64,000 nt of DNA from Bacteroidetes bacterium ADurb.Bin139. GTDB lineage: Bacteria; Bacteroidota; Bacteroidia; Bacteroidales; UBA932. The position numbers and the translations under genes are program-made. Of this stretch, positions 45,300-55,675 are shown in pieces. Where the stretch lies: NCBI GenBank assembly GCA_002070565.1, contig MWDM01000004.1, forward strand, positions 778 to 64,777, written 5' to 3'. Numbering within the stretch: the stretch's first letter is position 1; every line of letters begins with the position of its first letter. Below the pieces are notes generated by a model. The model searched no databases. It was not told where the DNA came from and saw only the letters and a program-made list of their open reading frames with translations.

Positions 45300-47786
45300 A
45301 TGAAACGAGGGTATATCATAGCAGCAGCCATCCTGATATTGGGTTCATGCAACAGGGATTCCCTGCGGGAAATCACCGATTTCAACGCTGACTGGGAATT
45401 TGCCCGGACCGGGGGAATTGATGATTCACTGGAATGGCAGGTTGTGGATCTTCCACACGACTGGAGCATTGAAGGACCTTTTGACAAGGACCATCCTGCT
45501 ACTCCGGGAGGAGGTGCTTTGCCTGGGGGCAAAGGTGTTTACAGAAAAAATTTTACCCTGGGACCCGAGACGCAGGGAAAGCGCATATTCCTGGAATTTG
45601 ACGGTATATACCGGGACAGCCGCGTCTTTGTGAACAGTCGTATGGCAGGACACCGTCCCTGCGGATATGCATCTTTCAGCTATGAAATCACCCCGTTGCT
45701 GAATCCTTCGGGTACAGAGAACAGGGTGGAAGTAACGGTTGACAATTCCCTGCAACCTAATTCCAGGTGGTATACAGGATCAGGGATTTACAGGAATGTA
45801 CGTCTGGTGGTTACTCCCGTGGTTCATATTCCATATTCGGGTACTTACGTTACCACACCTTATGTTTCGCCGGAACGGGCACAAGTCCTGGTCAAAACAT
45901 CCATTTCCTATCCTTCTGCAGCAGCCGGGAATTACTACCTGCTCACAAAAATCATAGACCCTTCCGGACGTACTGTAGCCCGGGAATGCCATTATGTGGA
46001 ACCTTCACCTGAAGGTGAAATCCTTATGGAACAGACTCTGGAAGTAAAAAAACCGGCTCTCTGGGATGTTGACACCCCCAATCTTTACACGATAAGAAGC
46101 CTGTTACTAAAAAGTGGAGCAGTCATTGATGATTACAGGACTACGTTTGGGATCAGAACGTTCCGGTTTACAGCCGATTCGGGTTTTTTTCTCAACAATC
46201 GACCCCTTAAGATACGGGGAGTCTGCATGCACCACGATCTGGGAGCACTGGGAGCCGCCGTGAACCGCAGGGCGATGGAACGGCAGCTGGAAATGCTGGC
46301 CCAAATGGGATGCAATGCCATCAGGACCTCACACAATCCCCCGGCTCCTGAATTGCTGGACCTCTGTGATAGTATGGGTTTTCTGGTAATGAACGAAGCT
46401 TTTGATGTCTGGCGCAAGAACAAATCTGCCTACGATTATGCCATGTTCTTTGAAGAATGGCATGAAAAGGACCTGAGAGATTTTATCGTTCGTGACCGTA
46501 ACCATCCTTCTGTGGTCATGTGGAGCATAGGGAATGAAGTACTGGAGCAGTGGAACAATCCCCAGGCCGATACGCTGGATCTGCAACAGGCAAACCTGCT
46601 CCTGAACTTTATGGCAGGCAACGACAGCCAGGTAGATGGTGATCTCCCCTTTGACGCCCTTTTGACCAGGAAGCTGGCCACCATGGTAAAGGAACTGGAC
46701 CCCACCCGCCCCGTTACAGCCGGGTGCAATGAACCGGGAGTATACAACAACCTGTTCAGGGCAGGGGTGCTGGATATCATAGGCTATAATTACCACGAAG
46801 GCGATTACCCTCAGGTGCCGGTGAATTTTCCCGGGAAACCCTTTGTTGCTGCGGAAACCACCTCTTCGCTCCATACACGCGGTTTTTACCAGATGCCCTC
46901 TGACTCGGTAAGAAAAGAACCAAAACAATGGTGGCTGACCTATGACACACCGCACCACATGTGCTCCGCCTATGACAATATGTGCGCACCCTGGGGAAAC
47001 ACCCACGAAAGTGCCTGGATACAAGTCCGCGACAACGATTTCATATCTGGCATGTTCATTTGGACAGGGTTTGATTACCTGGGAGAACCCACTCCCTACT
47101 GGTGGCCGGCCAGGAGTTCTCATTTTGGGATCATAGACCTGGCAGGATTTCCAAAAGATGTGTATTACATGTATCAGAGCGAATGGACCAATACGCCGGT
47201 ACTCCATTTGTTTCCCCACTGGAACTGGAACCCGGGAGAGACGGTAGATGTATGGGCTTATTACAACCAGGCAGATTCTGTGGAATTATTCCTTAACCAA
47301 AGGTCGCTCGGGGTTAGCGCAAAGGATTCCCTGAAACTGCACGCCTGTTGGCGCGTACGCTATGAACCGGGAACGCTTGTGGCAGTCTCTTACAGTAAGG
47401 GTAAAGAATTTTTACGCCGGAGCATTTCAACCTCCGGGGCACCGGCCCGCCTGAAACTGACCTCTGACAGGGTTATCCTGGAGGCCGGAGGCAATGATCT
47501 GGCTTTTGTGACGGTAGAAGTTCTGGATGAAAAAGGGAACCCTGTGCCTTATGCAGACGATATGGTCACATTCCGTTTGGAAGGCCCCGCCAGCATAGCG
47601 GCTGTGGACAACGGCAGTCCCATAAGCCACGAGCCGTTCAGGGCTGGTTACAGGAATGCCTTTCATGGTAAGTGCCTTGTTGTGATCCGTTCAGGAAAAA
47701 CAGCAGGGAAAATCAGGCTGACTGCCCTTTCAGAGTCGTTCGCGCAGGAGAGCACCCTGGACCTCGAAACCCGGCTTGTCCAGTAG
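45300..47786 (+). CDS. Glycoside hydrolase family 2 beta-galactosidase-type enzyme, lipoprotein
   Basis: The sugar-binding N-domain includes DWSIEGPF. The TIM-barrel motifs are NAIRTSHNP and WSIGNEV (acid/base), with ETTSS as the nucleophile region. C-terminal Ig-like domains and a lipobox (ILGSC) are present. Confidence 0.85.
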   Translation: MKRGYIIAAAILILGSCNRDSLREITDFNADWEFARTGGIDDSLEWQVVDLPHDWSIEGPFDKDHPATPGGGALPGGKGVYRKNFTLGPETQGKRIFLEFDGIYRDSRVFVNSRMAGHRPCGYASFSYEITPLLNPSGTENRVEVTVDNSLQPNSRWYTGSGIYRNVRLVVTPVVHIPYSGTYVTTPYVSPERAQVLVKTSISYPSAAAGNYYLLTKIIDPSGRTVARECHYVEPSPEGEILMEQTLEVKKPALWDVDTPNLYTIRSLLLKSGAVIDDYRTTFGIRTFRFTADSGFFLNNRPLKIRGVCMHHDLGALGAAVNRRAMERQLEMLAQMGCNAIRTSHNPPAPELLDLCDSMGFLVMNEAFDVWRKNKSAYDYAMFFEEWHEKDLRDFIVRDRNHPSVVMWSIGNEVLEQWNNPQADTLDLQQANLLLNFMAGNDSQVDGDLPFDALLTRKLATMVKELDPTRPVTAGCNEPGVYNNLFRAGVLDIIGYNYHEGDYPQVPVNFPGKPFVAAETTSSLHTRGFYQMPSDSVRKEPKQWWLTYDTPHHMCSAYDNMCAPWGNTHESAWIQVRDNDFISGMFIWTGFDYLGEPTPYWWPARSSHFGIIDLAGFPKDVYYMYQSEWTNTPVLHLFPHWNWNPGETVDVWAYYNQADSVELFLNQRSLGVSAKDSLKLHACWRVRYEPGTLVAVSYSKGKEFLRRSISTSGAPARLKLTSDRVILEAGGNDLAFVTVEVLDEKGNPVPYADDMVTFRLEGPASIAAVDNGSPISHEPFRAGYRNAFHGKCLVVIRSGKTAGKIRLTALSESFAQESTLDLETRLVQ

Positions 47787-49064
47787 GGCGAACATGTTTT
47801 TTTTGTAGGCTTCCACGCCTTCCTGGTCAAATGGATTCACTCCCAGGATATAACCGCTTATAGCACAGGCTTTCTGGAAAAAATAGAGTAGTGCTCCCAG
47901 GTTGTATGCATTCAGAAAAGGCATGTCAATGCGCAGGTTGGGTACGCCCCCGTCTGCATGGGCCAGGCAGGTGCCCAGTTCTGCCATTTTATTGCAATGG
48001 TCAATGGATTTCCCTGCCAGGTAATTAAGTCCGTCGGCATCCCCCTCTTCAGCGGGTATGGCCAGTGAACGGTTGGGACGGGCAACGCTGATGACTGTTT
48101 CAAAAAGATGGCGTTCCCCGTCCTGGATATACTGCCCCATGGAATGCAAATCGGTAGTGAAATCTGCTCCTGCAGGGAAAAGGCCCTTGTGTTCTTTTCC
48201 TTCACTTTCGCCAAAAAGCTGTTTCCACCATTCTGTCACATAATGCAGTTTGGGGTGGTAGTTTACCAGCAATTCAATTTTTTTCCCACTGCTGTACAAT
48301 GCGTTGCGCAGGGCTGCATAGCTGATGGCGGGATTGCTGTCTGTTTTCTGCGCTGTGATTTTTTCCATTTCCACGGTCCCCGCCATGAGTTCTTCAATAT
48401 CAATACCGGCCAGCGCTATGGGAAGCAGCCCGACCGGGGTAAAGACCGAAAAACGTCCCCCGACATTAGCCGGTATGATGAAACTGCGAAAACCTTCGCT
48501 GTTTACCATTTGGCGTAAAGCACCGTAAGATTTGTCTGTGATGGCCACGATCCGACGTCTGGCTTCTTCCTTTCCGTAGCGGGAGAGGATGTGTTGTTTT
48601 ACCAGGCGAAAAGCAATGGCAGGCTCTGTGGTGGTTCCGGACTTGGAAATCACTGTGCAGGCGACCGACTTTGTAGCCATGAGATCTTCCAGTTCTGCCA
48701 GGTAATCCTCCCCGATGTTCTGACCGGCAAAAACAATGCGTGGCCCCGAAGATGGCATTAAAGCTGAAAAGGAGTGGGAGAGGGCTTCAATGACAGCCTT
48801 CGCTCCCAGGTAGGATCCTCCTATGCCGATAACCACCACCAGTTCAATGTCTTTCCAATCCCGGCAAATGTCGTTGATCTGTTTGATGATGGCCGGTTCA
48901 GTTTCCGAAGGGAGGTGAAGCCATCCCAGAAAATCCGAGCCCTTTCCTTTGCCCGATTCAAGGAGTTCAAGAGCCCGTAGGGCTTTTTCCTGCCAGGCGG
49001 GATATTCACTTTGAGAAATAAACCTTATGGCAGACTTTTCATTGACGGTAATGATTTTTTTCAT
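47730..49064 (-). CDS. pgi: Glucose-6-phosphate isomerase
   Basis: The SIS-fold PGI motifs are [17 protein letters not shown] and GGRFSV. The length is 444 aa. Confidence 0.9.
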   Translation of the reverse strand: MKKIITVNEKSAIRFISQSEYPAWQEKALRALELLESGKGKGSDFLGWLHLPSETEPAIIKQINDICRDWKDIELVVVIGIGGSYLGAKAVIEALSHSFSALMPSSGPRIVFAGQNIGEDYLAELEDLMATKSVACTVISKSGTTTEPAIAFRLVKQHILSRYGKEEARRRIVAITDKSYGALRQMVNSEGFRSFIIPANVGGRFSVFTPVGLLPIALAGIDIEELMAGTVEMEKITAQKTDSNPAISYAALRNALYSSGKKIELLVNYHPKLHYVTEWWKQLFGESEGKEHKGLFPAGADFTTDLHSMGQYIQDGERHLFETVISVARPNRSLAIPAEEGDADGLNYLAGKSIDHCNKMAELGTCLAHADGGVPNLRIDMPFLNAYNLGALLYFFQKACAISGYILGVNPFDQEGVEAYKKNMFALLDKPGFEVQGALLRERL

Positions 49065-49067
49065 GTG

Positions 49068-50078
49068 TTATTTCAACTGTTCGCTCAGTGCCTTGAAAAC
49101 GATGGCAGGCGAGCGGAATTCGTGCAGGATTTTGTACATCGCTTCTGCAATGGGCATCTGGACTTTGTATTTTTGATTGATCTGGTGGATGCACAAGGTC
49201 GCGTAGTAACCTTCTGCAACCATGTTCATTTCCAGTTGCGCTGCTTTGATAGAGTACCCCTGGCCTATCATATTGCCGAAAGTCCGGTTGCGGCTGAACT
49301 GAGAGTAACAGGTAACCAGCAGGTCTCCAAGGTATCCCGAGAGCGATGTGTTCCGTCCTTTGTCCGGATAGGAGCGGTTCAGAAACGACCGGATTTCCTG
49401 GTAAGCGCAAGAGACCAGGACAGCCTGGAAGTTATCCCCGTATCCCAGGGCGCGGCTCATGCCCGAGGCGATGGCGTAAATGTTTTTCAGGACAACGGAG
49501 TACTCAAGTCCGTAAATATCTGTGCCAATGGTGGTGCGGATGTAAGGACAGCGGAATGCCCCGGCAAGCTTATTGGCCGTTCTTTCCTTTTTGCAGGTGA
49601 CACTCAGGTAGGAAAGCCGCTCCATGGCGACCTCTTCTGCATGAACAGGACCTGCAATCACGCCCATGTTGTCGTAAGGAATGTTGTGGATGCGGTTGAA
49701 GTACTCTGTGATAGAGATGTTTCTTTCAGGTATGAGTCCCTTAATGGCGGTGACAATGAATTTGTCTTCCAGGGAGACAGTCAGGGGGAGCATCTCGCTA
49801 ATGAAATAGGTAGAAGGAATGCAGAAGATCAGCACGTCTGCCTGGTCTGTGATTTTGTTGATGTCAGAGCTCATCAGCAGGCGGGAAGTGTCTAGTTCAA
49901 CGGCCTGTAGGTAGTGGGGGTTGTGTTTGTTCTGATCTATGAAACTGATCATATTCTGATCCCGGACAAACCATAGCACTTCCTCTTGTGTGTCGAGCAG
50001 GATCTTAGTCAGGGCCGTTGCCCAGCTTCCCGATCCTATGACCGCATACTTAGTGTTTTTGTTAAAATAGCCCTTCAT
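49068..50078 (-). CDS. gpsA: NAD(P)H-dependent glycerol-3-phosphate dehydrogenase
   Basis: It has a Rossmann motif (YAVIGSGSWATAL), a KG... substrate motif and the C-terminal pattern typical of GpsA. Confidence 0.9.
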   Translation of the reverse strand: MKGYFNKNTKYAVIGSGSWATALTKILLDTQEEVLWFVRDQNMISFIDQNKHNPHYLQAVELDTSRLLMSSDINKITDQADVLIFCIPSTYFISEMLPLTVSLEDKFIVTAIKGLIPERNISITEYFNRIHNIPYDNMGVIAGPVHAEEVAMERLSYLSVTCKKERTANKLAGAFRCPYIRTTIGTDIYGLEYSVVLKNIYAIASGMSRALGYGDNFQAVLVSCAYQEIRSFLNRSYPDKGRNTSLSGYLGDLLVTCYSQFSRNRTFGNMIGQGYSIKAAQLEMNMVAEGYYATLCIHQINQKYKVQMPIAEAMYKILHEFRSPAIVFKALSEQLK

Positions 50079-50140
50079 AGTTTTCCTGTGTGGGTCAGCA
50101 AAGATAAGCTTAATTTGTCTATCTTTACTTTTTAATAAAC

Positions 50141-51604
50141 ATGATGATAAATTCTTATTGTTCCGACAAATACCAGTATACTATGGCCAAGACCTTTGTA
50201 GATAAAGGATTGGATAAAACTGTGGCCATATTCAATATGTTTTACCGTACAGCACCCGATAACAACAACTGGGCTGTGGTAAGCGGTATCAATGAGGTCC
50301 TGGAAATGATTGAAGGATTTGGGACACAACCTGAATCTTTTTTCAGAAAATTCCTTCCCGGTGAAAACTATGCAGACTTCTGCCGGATGCTCACAACGGT
50401 GCGTTTTACCGGGGATATGTACGCTATGGAAGAAGGACAGATAGCATTCCCCCGCCAGCCCCTTATAACAGTGGTTGCCCCATTGCTTGAGGCCCAGATC
50501 CTGGAAACCCCCATGTTGTGCATCATGAACCACCAGATGGCAGTTGCCACCAAAGCATCCCGTGTTACCCGCAGCACGACCAAGCCCGTGAGTGAATTCG
50601 GTTCCCGGAGGGCCCATGGTCCCTGGGCTGCCCTTCACGGGGCCAAGGCTGCCTATACAGCCGGATGTGTAAGCACCTCAAATATCCTGGCAACAACGGA
50701 ATTCAACATTTCCAGCACCGGCACCATGGCCCATAGCTATGTTACGGCTTTTGGCTGCAGCGTAAAGAAAGAGTATGATGCGTTTGATGCCTATATCAAA
50801 AGCCACCGGGGAGAAGGGATCATCTTGCTTCTGGACACCTATGATACACTCAAGAGCGGTCTGCCCAATGCGTTGAAAGCGTTTAAAGCCAATGGCATAG
50901 ACGATTCCTACCAGCCTTTTTACGGGATCCGGCTGGACAGCGGGGATTTGGCGTACCTTTCCCGTAAATGCCGTGAAACTATGGACAGGGAAGGGTTCAC
51001 CAAATGCATCATCTTTGCCTCTAATTCGCTGGACGAGTACCTGATCTCGGACCTGGAACGTCAAAATGCAGCCATTGATAGTTATGGCGTGGGAGATGCC
51101 ATTGCCACCAGCAAGCACAATCCCTGTTTTGGGAATGTATATAAGATGGTACAAATTGGCGATACCCCGGTCCTGAAACTTTCAGAAGACAAGGCAAAAG
51201 TCATCAATCCCGGATTCCAGATCACGTACAGGATATACCAGGAAAACGAGAGCAAGGCCGATGTTACCTGCCTGCGCTCAGACAGTCTTGCATGTGCCAT
51301 AGAGGAAGGGAAGGAGATCCTGCTCGTCGACGAAAACGATCAGACCAGGAAGACAATTTACAGGGAAGGATCCTATACCGCGGAAAAATTGCAGCACAAG
51401 GTAATGGAAAACGGTAAAAGAATAAAGCCTGATACAACACAGCAGGAAAAACGCGAAAAATACCTTTATGAGTTGTCCCGTATGAATCCCACAGAGCGCA
51501 GGATCATCAATCCCCATTATCACAAGGTAGATATATCGGACGACTTGTACGATTTAAAAATGAAACTGATCTATACAATTAAAGAGGAACTGAACCATGT
51601 ATGA
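50141..51604 (+). CDS. pncB: Nicotinate phosphoribosyltransferase
   Basis: The N-terminus DKYQYTM, plus FGSRRAHG, GTMAHSY and RLDSGDL, are NAPRTase signatures. Confidence 0.9.
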   Translation: MMINSYCSDKYQYTMAKTFVDKGLDKTVAIFNMFYRTAPDNNNWAVVSGINEVLEMIEGFGTQPESFFRKFLPGENYADFCRMLTTVRFTGDMYAMEEGQIAFPRQPLITVVAPLLEAQILETPMLCIMNHQMAVATKASRVTRSTTKPVSEFGSRRAHGPWAALHGAKAAYTAGCVSTSNILATTEFNISSTGTMAHSYVTAFGCSVKKEYDAFDAYIKSHRGEGIILLLDTYDTLKSGLPNALKAFKANGIDDSYQPFYGIRLDSGDLAYLSRKCRETMDREGFTKCIIFASNSLDEYLISDLERQNAAIDSYGVGDAIATSKHNPCFGNVYKMVQIGDTPVLKLSEDKAKVINPGFQITYRIYQENESKADVTCLRSDSLACAIEEGKEILLVDENDQTRKTIYREGSYTAEKLQHKVMENGKRIKPDTTQQEKREKYLYELSRMNPTERRIINPHYHKVDISDDLYDLKMKLIYTIKEELNHV

Positions 51605-52163
51605 ACAATCCAGAACCCACATAGTGGTGGATATGCTGAACGATTTCATATCAGGGTCTATGGCTTGTCAGAACGCTGAAAACGCCATGACCCACAGTAT
51701 CAATTACATTAATTTGCACCCCGCGGATAAGGTCGTTTACGTTTGCGATACACACCCCGAGAATCACTGTTCCTTTACAGGATACGGAGGACAGTGGCCC
51801 CCGCACTGTGTGATCAATACCTCGGGGCAGGAAATTCACTTGTCCTATTATACACGGGTGAACGATCCCAACATGAGGCCCCACCTGATGAGGATATTCC
51901 GAAAGGGCTCTTCTGCCGTGAAAGAAGAATATTCGGGGTTCAATGCCGTCCGCTCAGACGGCAAATCCCTGACCAGCATCCTTACAAAACAGGTCATAGT
52001 GAGCGGCATTGCCACCGAATATTGTGTTTTTGAAACGGTTAAGGATCTTGTCGAAGCCGAGTATGATGTACAGGTGCTGCTGGAAGGTCTGGCCTATGTG
52101 AACCAAAAGGACCACCGTGCCGCCATTGAGAACATGAAAAGCCTGGGTGTAAAATTTGTTTGA
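51597..52163 (+). CDS. pncA: Isochorismatase-family hydrolase, nicotinamidase type
   Basis: VDMLNDF, DTHP..H.SF...GG.WPPHC and SGIATEYCV (catalytic Cys) are present. It overlaps pncB by 8 nt. Confidence 0.75.
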   Translation: MYEQSRTHIVVDMLNDFISGSMACQNAENAMTHSINYINLHPADKVVYVCDTHPENHCSFTGYGGQWPPHCVINTSGQEIHLSYYTRVNDPNMRPHLMRIFRKGSSAVKEEYSGFNAVRSDGKSLTSILTKQVIVSGIATEYCVFETVKDLVEAEYDVQVLLEGLAYVNQKDHRAAIENMKSLGVKFV

Positions 52164-52181
52164 TAATTGTAAGGTCTTAAT

Positions 52182-53108
52182 ATGCGAGCTATTGGTGTTG
52201 ATCTGGGCGGAACTAAGCTTCATGCAGCGCTCTTTTCACTTCAGGGAGAAATTCTTGCCGAACGTACAGTTTTTCTGGAAGGCAGAACCGGACAACAGGT
52301 TGGTGCGCTGATAGTCACAGTTTGTAATCTCCTGCTGGAAGATCAGGGAATCTCACCGGACGAGGAAAAGAGGGTTGGAATATGCGTCCCAGGGATTGCA
52401 GATACCCGCACAGACAGGGTTTGGGCGCCCAACATACCGGGTTGGAGCAATTTTCCCCTCAAAGAATATATCACCAATGCTATGCCCGGAACAGAAACCA
52501 TTATTGCCAGCGACAGAACGTGTTACATACTGGGTGAGACATGGCAGGGGGTAGCAAAAGGTTATGCAGATGCCATTTACCTGAGTGTGGGTACGGGAAT
52601 TGGAGCGGGGATCATGACAGACGGCCATGTGATTCACGGAGCGGCAGATATAGCCGGCGCTATAGGATGGATGGCCCTGCAGCCGCCTTTTTCGGAAGAA
52701 TACAGCAACAGCGGTTGCTTTGAAACGTATGCCTCCGGAACAGGCATTGCTGCTCAGGCACGAAAACTTTCCGGCCAACCCGGGGTGTACCAGGATGCGC
52801 GGTCGGTATTTGATGCCTACGAGCGGGGAAATACGGTGGCTTTAAGGGTTATAGACAAGGCGGTCGAATGCTGGGGTATGGCCTCGGCAAACCTGGTGAG
52901 TCTGTTTAATCCCCGGATGATTGTCTGGGGAGGAGGGGTTTTTGGTCCCGCTGTTCGTTTTCTGGACAGGATTTATTATGAAGCATGCAAATGGGCACAA
53001 CCCATAAGTATCAGGCAATGCCGCTTCGAGGCTTCGGCCCTGTCCCAGAGGGCAGGTATCCTTGGAGCGGGCCGCCTGGCAATGGAAGCAATGAAAGTAT
53101 ATGAATAA
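52182..53108 (+). CDS. ROK-family sugar kinase
   Basis: It has the ATP-binding start IGVDLGGTK, the motif LSVGTGIGAGI and the ROK-like segment GAADIAGAIGW. Confidence 0.8.
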   Translation: MRAIGVDLGGTKLHAALFSLQGEILAERTVFLEGRTGQQVGALIVTVCNLLLEDQGISPDEEKRVGICVPGIADTRTDRVWAPNIPGWSNFPLKEYITNAMPGTETIIASDRTCYILGETWQGVAKGYADAIYLSVGTGIGAGIMTDGHVIHGAADIAGAIGWMALQPPFSEEYSNSGCFETYASGTGIAAQARKLSGQPGVYQDARSVFDAYERGNTVALRVIDKAVECWGMASANLVSLFNPRMIVWGGGVFGPAVRFLDRIYYEACKWAQPISIRQCRFEASALSQRAGILGAGRLAMEAMKVYE

Positions 53109-54240
53109 ACGTAGTATTCTGGCTGCCGGTTATGCCGGCATCTTTTTTTTCGGAATTTCTTTTCTCACCCTGGGATCGGTCCTTCCATCCCTCAGGGAGA
53201 CACTTCACCTGGACATGGCGCAATCTTCTGCACTGGCAGGGATTCTGCCTTTTGGCGTATTGGCAGGCTCTGTAGTATTCGGACCCTGGTGTGACCGCTA
53301 CGGTTATAAAATGCCTTTTCAGTGGGCAGCTGCCATGGTGGTTCTTGGATTCATAGGATTGTCATCCTTTACGGCTATATCCTTGTTGGGAGCCTGTGTA
53401 TTCATTACAGGGGCGGGGGGAGGTATTCTGAACGGGGCCTGCAACGCCCTTGTTACCGATGTATCCGATGACCGTAACCGCAGTTCAAACCTGAGCATTC
53501 TGGGTGTTTTTTATGGTCTGGGCGCCCTGGTTATGCCTTTGATACTGGGAATATTTGATTTTGTTCCCTACGCAACCATTCTTCGTTATGTGGCTGTATT
53601 CCTGTTCCTGGTATTTGTGTATTTTAGTATAACACGCTTTCCCGAGGCCAAAGTCCGGCAGGGATTTCCCATTAAGGAGGGATTGTCCATGCTTCGACAG
53701 CCGGCTTTGCTCTTTTTTAGCTTTATCCTTTTTTTCCAGTCTGCCCTGGAAGGATTATGCAGCAACTGGATCCCCATTTTTTTACAGGATAGCCCGGCTT
53801 ACAGGCTGTCCCAGCAGAATCCTTTATTTCTGCTGACTTTTGTGGTAATTGGAATGACAGCCGGGAGGATCCTTCTGAGCTGGCTTTCATTCCGCTATAA
53901 ACCCTGGAAGATCCTCTGGTGGTATCTGCTGGTGTTGGCTGCAGGATTTGCGGGATTGGCAGCCGGGATCAAGCCGCTGGTACCTGTGATTTTGATAGGA
54001 ACAGGGCTTGGGGCAACATTTCCGGTCATTATTTCCTATATCGGGGCCCGGTACAAATCATTATCCGGGACAGCCATAGGGATAGCCATGGTCATAGCCC
54101 TGGCCGGCAATACATTGTTGAATTATTTACTGGGTTTTCTGCCTATTCGCGTTTTTCCCATATATTTGCTTGGGATATGGGGCGCAATGACTCTCCTTTA
54201 TTTTTTTATGACACGCAGAGGAAAGCTTGAAAAAACTTAA
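53101..54240 (+). CDS. MFS transporter
   Basis: About 12 hydrophobic helices are visible. A G..CDRYG motif follows TM2, matching the MFS loop signature. It overlaps the ROK gene by 8 nt. Confidence 0.75.
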   Translation: MNKRSILAAGYAGIFFFGISFLTLGSVLPSLRETLHLDMAQSSALAGILPFGVLAGSVVFGPWCDRYGYKMPFQWAAAMVVLGFIGLSSFTAISLLGACVFITGAGGGILNGACNALVTDVSDDRNRSSNLSILGVFYGLGALVMPLILGIFDFVPYATILRYVAVFLFLVFVYFSITRFPEAKVRQGFPIKEGLSMLRQPALLFFSFILFFQSALEGLCSNWIPIFLQDSPAYRLSQQNPLFLLTFVVIGMTAGRILLSWLSFRYKPWKILWWYLLVLAAGFAGLAAGIKPLVPVILIGTGLGATFPVIISYIGARYKSLSGTAIGIAMVIALAGNTLLNYLLGFLPIRVFPIYLLGIWGAMTLLYFFMTRRGKLEKT

Positions 54241-54251
54241 ATTTATTGAAT

Positions 54252-55013
54252 ATGCTGGCAATAGAATGGCTGGATAAGGTCCGGGTACTGCAGGACAGGA
54301 TCCAGGAAACACAGATGGATAATATACACAAAGCGGCAACCCTGATGGCCGATAGCATAGAAGCCGGCCGGTGGGTACATACTTTCGGATGTGGCCATGC
54401 CACGCTTCCCATTGAAGAAATGTACCCCAGGATTGGTGGATTTGTGGGATTTCATCCGCTGATAGAACAATCCCTCACCTTTTTTACCCGTATAACAGGA
54501 GAAAGCGGAATCCACCAGTTCCTTTTTTTGGAAAGGGCAGAAGGATATGGGACAGCTATCATGAGTTCCTGGAATTTCGACGCACGTGATACGCTTTGGA
54601 TATTTTCTCACACAGGAATCAATGCAGTCAATATTGATGTGGCACTGGAAGCAAAAAAACGGGGTATGAAAGTGATCGTGTACGGATCGGCAGCCGAATC
54701 AACGGGGAAAAAACCACGTCATTCCTGTGGAAAGAACTTATTTGAACTAGCCGATATTGTGGTAGATTCCTGCGCGCCCCTGACAGACGCTTCGGTTACA
54801 CTTAAAAACCATTTTGACAAAATCGGCCCGGTTTCCACCATGTGCTTTGTGACATTGGTCTGGATGACCGTAACCACCTGCGCCGGCATACTTGCAGACC
54901 GCGGGGTGAAACTGCACATCCATCCTTCTCACAATGTGCCGGGGGATACAACGGCAAGGGAACGCCTTGACGGCTGCATAGAAGCCTATAAAAAAAGAAC
55001 ATTCGGGTTATAA
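54252..55013 (+). CDS. SIS (sugar isomerase/phosphosugar-binding) domain protein, UPF0309-like
   Basis: The segments HTFGCGHA and IFSHTGINAVNIDVALEAKKRGMKVI fit the SIS nucleotide-fold pattern. The ATG is at 54252; the track start at 54246 is TTG. Confidence 0.6.
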   Translation: MLAIEWLDKVRVLQDRIQETQMDNIHKAATLMADSIEAGRWVHTFGCGHATLPIEEMYPRIGGFVGFHPLIEQSLTFFTRITGESGIHQFLFLERAEGYGTAIMSSWNFDARDTLWIFSHTGINAVNIDVALEAKKRGMKVIVYGSAAESTGKKPRHSCGKNLFELADIVVDSCAPLTDASVTLKNHFDKIGPVSTMCFVTLVWMTVTTCAGILADRGVKLHIHPSHNVPGDTTARERLDGCIEAYKKRTFGL

Positions 55014-55031
55014 TTTTAATATGGATTGTAT

Positions 55032-55673
55032 ATGAAAAAACTGATTTTAAGTCTGTTACTGATGGTTCTGGCATATAGTGCCTACGGACAGGAAAACAAA
55101 TCCGCCATTCCGTACTGGTACAGAAATGAGTTGTTTCTGGAACCGGCCCGTTTTTTTGAAGGGACTTTTGCCCTGGGTTACCAAAGAAACTTTTACAATT
55201 CGGCCCTGTCTCTGATGCCCTCCATAACCCTGATGGGTGAATCTATATTCCGTAGTGAAGATTCATTTTACAGTGAAATGGAAGGTTTCGGGCTGGAGGG
55301 CGTATACAAGGTATATTTTGCGCGCATGCCTCGTAAAGTACAGATTTACCTTGGCCCCTACGTTGCCTACCGCTATCTGAAAGAAAAGAACAGGTTGCCC
55401 GATTACGTCGACTCCCAGGAACTGCCCAACATTACCCAAAGCGATTTGTATACACGGTACAATACCGTTATGGCCGGGGTATTGTTTGGGGTTCATTTCA
55501 TGTGGGGACGTTTTACCATGGATATGAACCTGGGAGGCGGAATCCGCTATCCTTCCATATCCGGTTTCAGAACAAATTATCCGTCCATCGTATCGGTCCC
55601 AACCGGTTTTGGGGAGTTCGGATATAAGGGGGTAGTTCCCAAAGGTAATTTAACACTGGGAGTAGCGTTCTGA
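55032..55673 (+). CDS. Hypothetical outer-membrane beta-barrel protein
   Basis: It has a signal peptide (MKKLILSLLLMVLAYSAYGQ), alternating aromatic and Gly-rich strands, and a C-terminal LGVAF ending in Phe. Confidence 0.5.
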   Translation: MKKLILSLLLMVLAYSAYGQENKSAIPYWYRNELFLEPARFFEGTFALGYQRNFYNSALSLMPSITLMGESIFRSEDSFYSEMEGFGLEGVYKVYFARMPRKVQIYLGPYVAYRYLKEKNRLPDYVDSQELPNITQSDLYTRYNTVMAGVLFGVHFMWGRFTMDMNLGGGIRYPSISGFRTNYPSIVSVPTGFGEFGYKGVVPKGNLTLGVAF

Positions 55674-55675
55674 TT

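Noticed and set aside
49011-49895. Long antisense ORFs inside well-supported genes. These are 49011-49895 (294 aa, opposite gpsA), 46329-47219 (296 aa, opposite GH2), 35242-35976 (244 aa, opposite glnS), 38906-39571 (221 aa, opposite recG), 44647-45288 and 44008-44625 (opposite GH31), 9001-9606 (opposite M16) and 27732-28388 (opposite lon).
   Set aside because: Each lies fully within a gene that has strong family motifs on the other strand. Their translations are low-complexity or Arg/Gly/Pro/Cys-skewed and show no recognisable motifs, signal peptides or promoter boxes. This is typical of stop-codon-poor antisense frames.
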